Assembly (NCBI GenBank): GCA_977018835.1
Contig: OZ361261.1
Location: 62,001 to 126,000, forward strand
Reading direction: 5' to 3'
Source: Minutocellus sp. GHC0000111
Taxonomy: Eukaryota
DNA length: 64,000 nt
Position 1 is the stretch's first letter. Every line of letters starts with the position of its first letter. Under the pieces are notes generated by a model. It was not told where the DNA came from, searched no databases, and saw nothing but the letters and a program-made list of their open reading frames with translations. Shown piece after piece: positions 10,113-22,250 of the stretch. Position numbers and translations under genes: made by a program.

Positions 10113-13100
10113 TTAAAAGCCGAACATAGCAACGGCCGACATACCAAGAACAACCGAGATCATGGTAGCAGCGGTGCCAGATCCGGATGTGGTGTCTTCC
10201 ATCTCTTCTTCCATCTCCTCTTCATCATGCTCATCCTCGTCCCCATGCTCATGGCCATCCTCGTCCCCATGCTCATGGCCATCCTCGTCGCCGTGCATCT
10301 CCTCTTCGTCCTTCTCCATGCCATCGTCCTCCTCAGGCATAGTTTCGGGCATGTCGGCAGGAGGAAGAGGCTCACCGACCTCGGTCATGGTGTATTCCCC
10401 AACGTTCATGAAGAGCTGCTCTCCAGCCGAATCGTCGACGCCGTCATTGTCCGAGTTGACCCACATGCTGCCAGACGAAGTGACAGCAAGGCCCTCGACC
10501 TTCTCGAAGATTCCACCCTTGGTGGACTGAAGGTCCTCGTAGAGGTCCCTGACCAGGACCTTCTCGACGGTGGAACCATCTTCGAACGAGAAATCGCCGA
10601 GGTTGATCTGGTAAATACGCTTGATGGCGGCATCAGGTCCGCCCTGGTTGTCGCGCTCGAGGACGAGGAATTGACCCTCTCCGATGGGGGCGATGTCGCT
10701 GAGACCGACCCAGCCTCCAAACTGAGACTCGGGTGCATCGAGGGGGTAGAAGGCATACTTCCAAGTGTCGGTGGCCTGGTTGTAGATGGCAAGACGGGGG
10801 TGGGCCTCTCCTCCCCAGGCGCGCTGGACAGTGATGACGACGTTGTCGCCGTCTTCGGCGACGCCCTCGAAGCCGTAACGGACCTGAGAGGGGAAGGTGT
10901 CCGGAAGGAGATGGCACTCGGTGATGGCAGCCATTTCGTCAAGGCGGAGAAGAAGGTTGGGATAAGCCTGTAAAGCCAAAATGAAGAGAGTAATTTAGGA
11001 AAAATATTGTAAGCCTGAGTGATAGAAACTCGTCAATAACAAGTTCTATATCAACAAACATATGCATGCCAATTATTTGCACATTTGCACTCACAAAGGG
11101 CCGGGCCTCGTCACCAACAGTACCACTGCCCTCCGAGACGAGCCAGAAACCGCCCTCGGCGGCGACGGCGATGCCCTCAGGGTCGATGTTCACGGTCTTG
11201 TCCACGTTGATAATGTCCGAGATGGCAGAGGATGCGGGCTCGATGGGAGCCTCCGGATCGGGGGACATGCCCATGCCAGCGAGGCAGCCGGCCAGCTCGT
11301 CGTTCGAGTCCATGATGCGCATCTCGTCGGTGATGACGGCGGGGAAGGAGGATGCGTCGATCCGGAGGACGCGGTTCTGGGTGAAGAAGCTATCCTCAAT
11401 GGAGTAAAGGATGTTCTCGTCACCTGCGACGCCAAGGCCGTACGGGCTGGCAGAAGCGAGGCCACTCAGAGCCGCAAAGGGGATGTAGGATCCATCGGCG
11501 CGGGCATCGGAGATGATCATGGGGAAGGCGGGATCGCCCTCCTCGAGGCCGTAGAGGGTAATGCTGGAACTCATCTTGTCCCCACGCGCATCTTCTTCAG
11601 AGGCGACGGCAACGACGTTCTTGGAGGGGATGGGCACGATGCCCTCGGGTCCAACTCCGGCAGGAAGGATCTGGAGGAGGGTGGGGCTGGTAGGATCGGC
11701 CGCGTCGTAGACAAAGACAACGGACGACCGCTCAGACAGGACAAAAAGGTACTTGGACCCGTCGTCGAACTCGCTGTACATGATGTTCTCGGGCTCGTTG
11801 CCCTTGTTCTCGGACCGGGCCTCGGGGTAGGCACCGATGCGGGCGGTCCAAAGCTCCATCTCGTTGCCGGAATCGTAGACGACATTGCCCTCGGTGTCCA
11901 TGATGGTGAAGCCACGGCTTCCGCCGTCAATATCGCCCTCGTTGGCGAGGGCGTAGTACTCGGTGCCAATCCACGTGACGCCGTCGGGCTCACGAAGGAG
12001 GGTCAGCGCATCGACCTGGTTGATGACCATCTCCTCCATGGTGTCGATCTGGTCGACCAAGACCTCGCCGGCGCTATAGCTGCCGACAATGTTGCCCGTG
12101 GGCAGATCGACCAGGACGATGCCGTTGTTCTCCTGGAGAGTAACGACGGCGACGTTGTCGGAGTTGATTGCCACGTACTCCGGCTCGGGATCTTCCGGGT
12201 AGAGGATGCCGTCGAGGCCTGTCATCTCCACCTTGCGGGTGGTCCACTCGGTGGGCATGGTGCCGGTGGGAGTATCGATGATGACGAGGAAACCGGCGGG
12301 CATCTGGGGAAGAATCCCCTCGCCCAGGTCCTCATCTCGCTCGTTCTCAATGGCCACGGCAATGTACTGCTCGTCTGTAGAAACGTCGATGGCGTCCGGC
12401 TGGCCCATGACGTCGATCTCGTGGATGATGGTCTTGCTGGCGATGTCGATGACGGCCACCTTGCCGCTGGTGTTGATAAAGTCGGGCGAAGTGTTGACTC
12501 CAACGACGGCGTAGTCGCCGTGGATACGGACGGTCGTCGGCTCGCCGCCGAGGGCGACGGTGCCAGCGGCGGCGGGCATGGCGGGGTCGGTGATGTCGAC
12601 GAAGCCAACCTGGCCGGCCTGCGAATCGGAGTACGCAAGGTTGGAGGAGTCCTTTGTCACCCAAACCGTCTCGGCGTTGGTTTCAGTGTCGGCTGTTGTG
12701 TCGGATGGAATAAATGATGTAGATGGGAACAAACAGTTTGAGAAAGATGCATGCATACCATATATTTGACGCATCTATTCTACGAAGTGGCTGCTCATGG
12801 GACTCGCATCGACCGTCCCGCATGCGGCCTGCATACATATGCCATGTGAATATGTAAATTATATGCGCCCACAATTGTGCCACGCAATCACATGGGCTGA
12901 CAAATAAAGTCACGCCAATCAGCAAACACTCATCGCATCGAATCTTTCGTCGCACGGCGATCGGCACTTACTGTTGCAGGTTGGATCGATCTTCGAGCAG
13001 ACATACCACTGTTGAATAAAAAAGAGGCGGGAGTATAAGTTGCAAGAGGAAAAGGTAGATATGTGCGTCAGAAGCTGAGACTTTTGCCGTAAGTAAGCGA

Positions 13101-13293
13101 AATCCCATGGCTCCGCTCCGCTACATGCCACGGCACAATGCAAATACGCAGCACAAATCAACCAAATCGCACAAGCCCCAAAACCGCGCGAAGGGCGACT
13201 TACGGTGGCAATGCGATTGAACGAGGCCGCATCGGCACCGGAAGCGGCGGCAAGTGCGCCCAGGATGGCAGAAGCGGCGTAGGAGAACTTCAT
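10113..13293 (-). CDS. Secreted, probably GPI-anchored alkaline phosphatase (beta-propeller plus phytase-like esterase domain type); 4 exons
   Basis: Signal peptide MKFSYAASAILGALAAASGADA then SFNRIAT. Exons about 13293-13204, 13008-12972, 12692-11095 and 10967-10113 with in-frame GT-AG junctions. Motifs EDPEPEYVAIN, REPDG, ANEGD, RSENKGNEPE, DPEGIA, GFEGVA, VLERDN, EKVEGL, DNDG; hydrophobic C-terminus. Confidence 0.85.
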
Positions 13294-13734
13294 CGCGACA
13301 GATAGATGGAGGCAGTTTGCAAGAACTTGCAAACTGGGTGATGAAGAATGAGGCGTTTGTGCTGCTGCTGCTGCTGCTCGCGGCGAAACAAGATACTTTT
13401 CTGCGGCTGGGGATCTTCGCCGTGTCATCAGCCGGGGGAATCTTGTGCTTTTAGGACGAATCTTCCGTTGTGCGGCCACGACGTTGGGAATCTCAAACAT
13501 ATTTATGCCGGCCGTACCAATGACCGACCCGAAAAAGAGTCATAACAGGACAGATGGACAGATCCTCTCCGCGACGATTGCCGCGACGAATCTGCAAATC
13601 GTGGTTTTGAAGGTTCTGCAATCTGCAGATACCTGTAACAACCGGTAATCGTCTAGCTAGTAGTACCTGCGGGTATAGAAAACTAGACCTAGAAATCTAC
13701 GTAGCTAGTCTAGCTACATGTAGATGTATTTACT

Positions 13735-15693
13735 TTACAACACATGTCGATGTGCCGCGGCAAAGATTCCCAAGCTGGTAAAAGCAGTCGCATACAAGCA
13801 CAGCTCTCCGAGGATTTGCAGCTCGGTCATTGACGACATTTCTCTCCGAGCCATGCCAAAGTATGGCTCTAATATTGGATCGAGGCCTGGCAACGACAAA
13901 CCTCCTCTTCTCCTGCCACGTCGAAAGCCACTGCCAATCTGCATCGGCTCGAGCTTTTCACCATCGTCCAAGTCAAAGCCACTACTCTTCTCTTCCCTTT
14001 CGCCATGGTCATCACCACTAGTGCTCTTGCTTTGTTCTGTTGATGTTTTGATTGCTTCCCATTCCACACGGATGAGACCCCAGAGCGAACGTCGTATTAT
14101 CTCTGCACTAGCCAAGGCCGGGCCGACGAAAGTCTGAAAGTCCGATGAATAGGCATCTCTCAACATACCGCTCTGGGACAGATATCTTCGCGGTATCAAC
14201 GTCATGGTCCAACAAAATCGAAGCATAAAGTTTGCCGCAAATATGCCATAATACACAGACTTGCGACTGTAAAGTCGGGTCGAACGCAACCGATATCCGC
14301 CCGATCCATCCTCTGGCTTTTCCAGCAAGGCCCAATCTTGAAAGACGTCCCACCAAACCTGATACAACGTCGCACAGACGAAGCAGGTTATCCACAGCAC
14401 GTTCCTCTTGGCATCGGGCTCGAACAGTCCAAACAATGCCACCTCGGCGGCCAGAAAGTACTTGAGGGCATTGCCCAAGTACGGCCATCGGGATTTGTTG
14501 TCGTAGCTCTGTCGCAGATTCTGCAGAAATCGCCACCACAATGGACTGACGACGCATGCGGGCAGAATGACCGTGCGGACCACCCAACTCCGTTCCACCG
14601 GTCCGGCAGCTTCGTCGATGGAGTACGACGCCGTCCACCAACCCTGCAGTCCACTCAGAATGTAAAAGGTGGTGAAGGCAATGTCTTGCAGAGGACGTAC
14701 AGTACTTGTAAGAATATCTCCGATGAACCCATCGCGAAACGTCACATCCTTGTAGGGTGCCCACGGAGTGCGCGACACGACCATCCAAAAGGTCCGCCGG
14801 CGTCTCCACGGCAGGACAGTCCTCAACGTTGAATACAAAAACAGCAGCAGAGGAAAGACCGGCGCCGCCAACCGCGCCGTCGCCATGGCCATCTTGCTCC
14901 AGGATTTGGAGAAGAAGTTAGCGGCGTCGGCGTTGGGGCCGTTCAGTCCATCGATGTACGTTCCCCCCTCAGCACTGGACAGGGTGAAGAAGAAGAGGCT
15001 GACCAGGGTGGACGATAGGAGGTCGAGGGCTACGCCCGCCACGTAGGAGGAGGAGGGTGGTTGCGGTCGGTCCGGAGATGGCATCGGGTTTGAGGGAGAT
15101 GCCGCCGCTGGTTGGAATGTGTAGTCGTCCTCTTCGAACTCGTCTTCATCTTTGCTGCTTTTGGAGTTCCGCCCCTCTTCTGCTGCCCGGTCTACATCTT
15201 CTGCATCATTATCAATATCACCATCATCATTGGCCTCCATGAAGCCGCTGCCATCACCCGTATATCGCAATTTTCTATTTGCACTGTCATCTTCCGCACG
15301 ATCATCGCTCACTGCCGCCATTTCGTACTCCTTCAAATCGCCGGCACCGTCCGTGTCGGCATTGGGACCAAACAGCAATCTGCCCACCACTTCTCTCATC
15401 CCGGCCTTCTCCCACACGCGCAGACTGGCCGCGGCGCAGAACAGTAGCAGACTGATTTCGGAGAGGGCCCGCAAGACGCGGAGGGATGGCGGATGCCGCC
15501 GCAGGGCGGTGAGGAAGGCCAGGTGGGCGAATCGGCGGGCGGTGGTGGAGTTGGCACTTCCGTCACTGTTACCATCGCCGTTATTACCGTTAATTCCCGT
15601 GGCGATGTCGTCGGTGAGCATGAGGAGAGCCAGCAGAAGGGGCGGGAGGAGGAGGAGCTTGGTCCGCAGGCTGGCCGGTCGGTGGTACGCCAT
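13735..15693 (-). CDS. EXS-domain protein (PHO1/XPR1/ERD1 family)
   Basis: VTFRDGFIGDILTS.VRPLQD, PLWWRFLQNLRQ.YD...WPYLGNALKY, YQVWWDVFQDWAL, NFMLRFCW, EIIRRSLWGLIRVEWE. Probable start MAYHRP at 15693. No SPX domain is visible. Confidence 0.9.
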   Translation of the reverse strand: MAYHRPASLRTKLLLLPPLLLALLMLTDDIATGINGNNGDGNSDGSANSTTARRFAHLAFLTALRRHPPSLRVLRALSEISLLLFCAAASLRVWEKAGMREVVGRLLFGPNADTDGAGDLKEYEMAAVSDDRAEDDSANRKLRYTGDGSGFMEANDDGDIDNDAEDVDRAAEEGRNSKSSKDEDEFEEDDYTFQPAAASPSNPMPSPDRPQPPSSSYVAGVALDLLSSTLVSLFFFTLSSAEGGTYIDGLNGPNADAANFFSKSWSKMAMATARLAAPVFPLLLFLYSTLRTVLPWRRRRTFWMVVSRTPWAPYKDVTFRDGFIGDILTSTVRPLQDIAFTTFYILSGLQGWWTASYSIDEAAGPVERSWVVRTVILPACVVSPLWWRFLQNLRQSYDNKSRWPYLGNALKYFLAAEVALFGLFEPDAKRNVLWITCFVCATLYQVWWDVFQDWALLEKPEDGSGGYRLRSTRLYSRKSVYYGIFAANFMLRFCWTMTLIPRRYLSQSGMLRDAYSSDFQTFVGPALASAEIIRRSLWGLIRVEWEAIKTSTEQSKSTSGDDHGEREEKSSGFDLDDGEKLEPMQIGSGFRRGRRRGGLSLPGLDPILEPYFGMARREMSSMTELQILGELCLYATAFTSLGIFAAAHRHVL

Positions 15694-16136
15694 TTCCTGC
15701 TGCTTCCGAGCCGCGGTACGTGTATGCGGGTCACTTCCCTGAAAATGGCACAAGATGTGTCGCTTTTCCCCCGGACTTCGCGCGGTGGAAGACAAAAGGC
15801 AAAGATACCAGGCCCAATGCTGTGTGTTCGTGGTTGTGATGCGCTTCTGCCGTCCTACTATCGGCGGCTGGTCATTGCTCTCAGCTATTTCCCTCTTTGC
15901 CTTGCGCCTTGCTTGCTTGAGCTCAACGGGCGTTGGCGCATTGCGGGAAATGGAGGTATCCTGCAGGGAATTTTCGGGTTTGGATACCACGCATGACTTT
16001 TATTTTGCTTGTTTTTTTCTCCTCGCCCTTTTCCCGCCACAATGCGACGGTGGGAACGACCAGACTAATAACGCACGGCCGGGGCCTTACCGACCAGTAA
16101 AGGCATACGGCTGAGGATAACACGTGGATATACAGC

Positions 16137-17558
16137 ATGGCAGAACCCTCCCCGCCAGCTGCAGCCGCCGCCGAGGCCGCGCAGCACATAATTGCCTCGG
16201 GTGATTCGCACCACCAGCCATCGCACGAACCCACGCAAGACATGCCGGTGCCGGAAGAAGAGGGCCCGGGGCCGGGAGAGTCGCACGATGACGACGACGA
16301 GAACGACACAACAACTGCAACTGGCGATGAAGATGAGAAGGCACCGGCGGCAAGGAACCGGCCGCAATCGGCCCTCCCGTCCGATCGGCAGCTCCGGCTC
16401 GCCCAGAGCGAGAATCGCCAACTGCGCGACGAGGTGGAGCGGATGCAGCGCGAGATTGAACAGTTGCGCCGGGGGAGTGGGGCGATACAGGACTTTGACG
16501 ACGATGGTGCCGAGACCCCACCGCGCGGCGGTGGCGGCGGTGGGGTGGGCAAGCTCGGCAAGGCCATCGGGCGCAAGCTGACCCGCAGGTCGAGCCCGCT
16601 CTACGAGTCGGTGTCCGTGGTGGAAAGTCCGGAAAAGGCAGGTGCCGCCGCGGTGCATCATCGCCGGGGTGGCCATGCCAGTGGCAGTGGAAGTGGCGGT
16701 GCTGCCGATCAAGATGTCGAGGCGGGGTGGGGCGCTTCTAAAAGAGTCGGAGGCACCCGCAAGGCCAAGCTGTCCGATACCGAAGAGGACGACCACGGAC
16801 GCGATTCCTTCGCCGACCACGACCTCCATCCCGTCAACATTGACGGATCGATGGTAGCAGCATCTGCCGACCAAACCGAGGTGATCGGCAACGGGGTCGA
16901 CGGCGACATTCCCTTCCGGGACGTCGTCAAGGACCGGGCCGGTTGGCTCGTCGGTCTGCTCGTGCTGCAATCGTGCTCGTCGTTCATTCTGGCCCGGAAC
17001 GAGGCCCTGCTGGAATCGCATCTGGTCATCGTCCAGTTCCTCACCATGCTGGTCGGGGCGGGCGGCAACGCCGGCAACCAGGCCTCGGTCCGAGTCATCC
17101 GTGGATTGGCGGTGGGGACCTTGAACGAACGCACCCTCAAGCCATTTTTGTGGACCGAGGCCAAGATGGGGTTGGCCCTCAGCGTCATTCTGGGATTGGC
17201 GGGCTTCCTGAGAGCGACTGTTTTCATGGTCCCAATAGCGGAGACTGTGGCGATTACCACCAGCCTGTACATGATCGTTATTAGCAGTGTGTGCATCGGT
17301 GCCCTCCTGCCCCTGGCTATGTACCGGTGCGGGCTGGATCCGGCGCACAGTTCGACGACCATCCAGGTGCTGATGGACATTCTGGGTGTCACCATGACGG
17401 TTTGGGTCAGTGGGGCCATATTGAATACCAGCGTCGGGCCGGCACTGACGGCATTCTTCCATCATGGTGCTGTGGCAGCAGCAGAGGCTGGCGCAGACGA
17501 TCTCGATGCTGGTGGAGCCGGAAGCAGCGGCGATGACTTGATGGAGGGTGTAGAATAA
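16137..17558 (+). CDS. MgtE/SLC41-type divalent cation transporter
   Basis: DRAGWLVGLL, MLVGAGGNAGNQAS, DPAHSSTTIQVLMDILG membrane domain after a disordered/coiled-coil N-terminus. Confidence 0.9.
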   Translation: MAEPSPPAAAAAEAAQHIIASGDSHHQPSHEPTQDMPVPEEEGPGPGESHDDDDENDTTTATGDEDEKAPAARNRPQSALPSDRQLRLAQSENRQLRDEVERMQREIEQLRRGSGAIQDFDDDGAETPPRGGGGGGVGKLGKAIGRKLTRRSSPLYESVSVVESPEKAGAAAVHHRRGGHASGSGSGGAADQDVEAGWGASKRVGGTRKAKLSDTEEDDHGRDSFADHDLHPVNIDGSMVAASADQTEVIGNGVDGDIPFRDVVKDRAGWLVGLLVLQSCSSFILARNEALLESHLVIVQFLTMLVGAGGNAGNQASVRVIRGLAVGTLNERTLKPFLWTEAKMGLALSVILGLAGFLRATVFMVPIAETVAITTSLYMIVISSVCIGALLPLAMYRCGLDPAHSSTTIQVLMDILGVTMTVWVSGAILNTSVGPALTAFFHHGAVAAAEAGADDLDAGGAGSSGDDLMEGVE

Positions 17559-17644
17559 TGCTCTTTAGGCTGGCCGAATAGCTACCGGCACTAATAATAC
17601 TGCTATGGAAAAATACAACTCAACAAAATTGTTACGCACAAAAT

Positions 17645-20098
17645 TTACCAGTCAAATCTCTCCACGGCAAGGTCACCAATGCCATATTTCTTCTTAATGT
17701 CCTTTAGCTCCTTCTCGATGCGCTTGCTTCCTCCGCAGTAAAATAGAGACCAATCGCGAAGAGGTGCACTTGGATCGTTGGATAGTTCCCGTACGTGCTC
17801 CACAGCAAAATAGCCGCCAAAGAGCTCGTCCACATATTCTCTTGCCTCGGTTGCTATAGAAGATCGATGTGAATGGTTGCTATTGTCCATTCCTTGGCCT
17901 TCGTTCGAAATCCGACGTCCCATGGACGAAACGGATGCCCCTCTCGTTAGGCCACGCTCTATCCTGTCGATCAGCTCAGTGTCTTTTGTATGTTGTGCCA
18001 TGGCCATGTCAAAAAAGGAATCAAGCTCAGCTTTGTCTATATAACCAGATCCATCCGTATCGACCTGTTCGAAGAGGCTCTTCATATCTTCAATAGTGTA
18101 GTCACCAATGCCACCCAACAGTGAGGATATGGTTGCATCCAGACCTTCCAAGCTAATCTCACCTGGGGGCATGTCGAGAATTGCCTCTGTTGGCATCTTC
18201 GCGGTTCTGCCCGAAACTACTGATCGACGTTTCCTGCTCACAGTCACACCGGTACGGCGTTGCTGCGTGCTAAAGGGTCTAATCGACGTAGCAGCGTTGT
18301 TCGGCTCCATCATTGGTCGAGCTGCCATGAGTTTGAGCTCCTCCGTCTTTTCAACACCATATTCGAAGAATTCTTCTCGGCTATAGGAGGAAAGAACACG
18401 AGCGAGGGCAACCTTGATTCTCTTATCGAACGATATGTCGGCGAGCTGCCGCTGATTCTCATCTGCAAATATTTACGTAGAATCGAGGATGAAGAATGTG
18501 AAGGTGAGATATGTCTAGGTCTAAGCATAGCAACAAATGAATGCAGCTTGTGACGTATACTTACACATCTCTTCCGGCATATCTTCGCCCTTTTCTATAA
18601 TAGAAATGATGCCGGCTATGGTGCTCTCAAGCTTTGGTCTGGTCCTAAATATGAAGAAGTTGGCAGGTAGTCGCCTCGGAATCACAAGGTCTCGAGTACC
18701 AGTATAGAAAATCAACAAGAAGGCATACTGACTGATGGCACTGAGATCCATCTTATGAAGGAAATACTCCACAAGACCTGCATCTCGACATGTCCAGATG
18801 ACGTTCACTCGTTTGATCTCCTTATATCGCTGCACCAAGCTCAAGGTCGGAGTAATGCCGATTCCAGAGGCTACAGCGACGCAATGCGTTGCATCTATAG
18901 CCACATCGGAGAATTCTGATTCGAACGGCCCGTAAAAGTAGGCAGTTCGTATCGACGGAGCATCGATTTCGGCGTGAAGCCGCTTGGTCCAATCCCCAGC
19001 ATTTCCGATGCACAGGGTTGAATGATTGGACTTGGTGGGGTGCGGAAATAATGTGAAGGCATGCCACTGGAATCTCGACAACCATGGAATCATTACATAA
19101 ACACATGCCGTCTTGCCAGAGCCATCGCCGGTGTCGAAGCCCTTGGGATTCTTGAACTCTACCACAACACCGCCCTCGCCATAACGCTCAAACAGGACGG
19201 TATCGCAAAGATGTGTCCGGAAGAAGAAACCAAAGACTCGATCAACAAAGTAGACCAGTGCAGGGATCCCAATCAGCAAGTAGATGCGGCTCGGAGCGTG
19301 ATACAGTAGAACTATCGCCCACAGCCACGAGAGGAAATGCAACCCTTTCCGCCACTCGAACGACATCTTCTCTCGCAGCCATGGCAGTACCATCGGCCAA
19401 ACGATCAGCGGTGTCATCAGGCAAGCAATAAGGCCAGATATGCCTGTGCTACTCTCCCAAAGTAACTGGATGTCATCTCCACGTAGCCCCCAACGCAAAA
19501 GATGGAAGAAGCTGTGGAACATGGTCTCAATGCCGACCACTATGCCGAACAAGCGATGGACGTGATGCATGTCGGCGAAGTCAACTACTTCTCGAATAGG
19601 CGTTCGTCGGAGGGCATCGTTGATGTTGTGAGCCTTGCTGAGGAACATCATCATGTACAGCGGGTAGTCGAAGAAGGCTGAGCATCTTGCCAAGGCTAGC
19701 AGAACCATGGAAATGATGGTGTCGGCGCATACTGTCTCACGAGGGCAGACACAGCTCTCCATGCCGTCTGCGCAACCGTCCGAGAATGGCTGCTCGGCGA
19801 CCTCGGCAGACGATTGTCGCATGCCGAACGGCGGTGGAAGAAGGATTTGGAGGAGACAAATGAGGAGGCTGATGCCCCCGAGGACAAACATGGCGTGGTA
19901 CCACTTGGCTTTGACTCTACATGTACATGATGACAGCTCCTGGCAATTCTTCCACTTTTCGGAGTAATTTTTTCCGCCTACTTCATCATTTTTCATCGTC
20001 GTCGCCGCCGCTTCTGTTGGTGCCGTGTAGCAAGTGCTATTGCTCGACGAAGGCGGGTCGGAACTTGAGGTTGTTGGTGCCAGAGTTCCGCTTATCAT
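17645..20098 (-). CDS. NADPH oxidase/ferric reductase family protein with an internal EF-hand; 2 exons
   Basis: Haem His-bearing TM helices (HRLFG...FH, LHFL...YH), FAD motif QWHAFT, NADPH motifs YGPF, VASGIGITP, IWTCRD, and C-terminal FYCGG...ERFDW. Intron 18463-18564 (GT-AG). EF-hand DTDGSGYIDKAE. Confidence 0.9.
19785..19915. repeat. 131-bp segment of the NOX gene duplicated in inverted orientation at 23342-23472
   Basis: The reverse complement of 19785-19915 is identical by eye to 23342-23472; both encode VKAKWYHAMFVLGG...EVAEQP. Confidence 0.95.
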
Positions 20099-20351
20099 TA
20101 GCGTCTTATTAGTCTTTGCCTTTCCTTGTCATGTGACTCAGACTGGTGGGGCGCGAAACGGTCGGAACGACATTGTGTGGTTCTCGAGGTTATCTGTCCG
20201 AATGCCGAGAAGCTCGGTGAGGTGCTTGAGTAACGGGGCGGTTCGTCAAATTTTCCTCTGGCTCTTGCTGACATGACTCGGCGAACTTTGACGTCACTTT
20301 TGCATGCGTCGTACGAGGCTCTCGTGAGTTTTTGAGGGTTTCCTTCATCTA

Positions 20352-22250
20352 CGCACGGCGGTGGCGCACGCACGTCGTTGCCTGCTCGATCGGCGCCTCA
20401 CCGCTCCGACCACTCGCCACTCGCCACACTGAGACTGAGCCGCCGCCCTCTGCGCCCACCCACCACACCGCCACTGCAGCTCTCGTGCGAGTGCCATGGT
20501 CCCACCATCTCTGTTTGTGCCCGTCGGCCTCATGTTTGTTGCTTCTCACAGCAGCACGTCTCCGGCTGCAGCCCTGTGCCAACGTGCATCGCGCAATTTC
20601 GCGTCATCGAGGAGCACGTCCGCATGTGCAGCCGCCACCATCTCGTCTCTGCCGCCCCTCCTGTCCAAGGATGGGTCGGCGTCCCCAGTGGACTCGGTTT
20701 CACTCCCCGACGCATTGGCACGACATGTGTTTTTTGTGAGGACAGACAACCAGAGTGGATGGGACGAAGTGGTGTCAAGACGCTGCCTTGCCGACAACGT
20801 TCAGCGAACCCCATGCAAAAAGAGCGTGTTTGTTCGCCTCGGCTCTGTCAATCCTCGTGCAGCCGACGCTCTCCACGACGTGATGGATGGATGGCTTTCG
20901 ACATGGTCACGGTCGAGCAACAACTTCGCCTCGAAGTGCCGCCGCCGCGGCTCAATTTGACGAAGGCATGTGGTGCACTCCTCAAGTCGGTCGCACCACA
21001 TGTGTCGGTGGGACATGCGGCGATGGACTGCGAAATCAACAGGCAGATGTTGCTCGAGGCCCAGAAGTTCCCTGGTGGGTGCAATGGCCAGGACGATGGG
21101 TGGGACAACGACGACGACGTTGGGACGTTGGGCACCCTGACCACGACGGAGGCCGGCGAGATCAGTGAGGACGACGACGACGAAGACGAGGACCATGTGC
21201 CCTGTCATGAGGACGAAGCTGACATTGCAAGAGAGGACGCTGCACACATGAAGCACACATGCAGCAGTGCTTTGAGAAGAGTCGTCAGAAGCACGGTGAT
21301 GGCGAGCCAGAGATGGGAGCTGTCGATGATGCCGAGGATGACGACGCCCCTCACTTCCACTTCCTGAAAAAGGCCGGCATTGAGGCGGCCGACTCAGGTA
21401 AAATGAGGGCAGTGCTGGCAGAATGCTGGAGAGCTTCATCCATTAACATTTCTGATGGCAACAACAAGAAGAAACCAAGGACAACAGAGTTCATCCACCA
21501 CAGCATCTCCACCAAAGGAACTCTCCTAGAGCACAATCGCGAGGAAGATGGCATGACGGATGACGACATCAAAGAGCTCTGCAAAGCTTGCTCTAACTTG
21601 CTCCACACTCTTGACGCAATGTGTTCCAGGTTTCTGAAATGGTGCATGAAATGGGATGATGAGGCAAAGAAGGCTGTGAGAGAGCTTGAAGCATTGATTG
21701 CAAGTGCCCTCAAGCAAGCACGGGCAATCGGCATCAGCATGACGCCCAAGTGGCACTTGCTCGAAGATCACATCTTGGACCAACACATTTGGCTAGTGAA
21801 GAGTGGATGGGGCGGCGTCTGTTGGCTCAACGAGTCGTTTGCAGAGCGAGCCCACCAAGAGGGCGTTAAGGAAGATCGTCGGACTCAGGGCGTCAAGGGA
21901 CATGAGGCCCAACAGACGGCGCAGTTCAAGGCTGAGGAGAGGGCATCCAATCCAAAGGTCGAGGAGAGGCGGGAGCGAAGCTCTCGGGTGGCAAGAACAA
22001 GGAAAAGGACAAGGACCGAAGCTGTTAAAGCAGAAACTGATGACAAGCGCCAACAAATGATCATGATGGCCACCGATGGAGATGAGGATGTAGAGATGGG
22101 AGCAGGGCATGTATAAAATTAGAAAATGAAATTGCACTGCTGCTGCACAATGACAAATGAATTGCACAATCATCCAACTTTTACAAACAGCATCGCGATT
22201 GAGCAAAAAAGCAAACAGCACACCCAAACAAACACATCACGTCCTTCTTA
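20352..22250 (+). mobile_element. Degenerate DNA-transposon remnant with a Chapaev/Transib (CMC)-like transposase C-terminus; TpA-depleted
   Basis: ORF 21259..22116 contains TPKWHLLEDH...GG...NESFAERAHQ, resembling the H-x-x-x-x-H...E-x-x-E-R-x-H-Q end of Chapaev/Transib transposases. Element ends are not resolved. Confidence 0.55.

Noticed and set aside
11062..12717. 551-aa plus-strand ORF (also 10047..10973, 16065..17465, 46644..48011, 50395..51459, 58457..59263)
   Set aside because: Antisense ORFs produced by GC-rich codon bias of real genes on the opposite strand.
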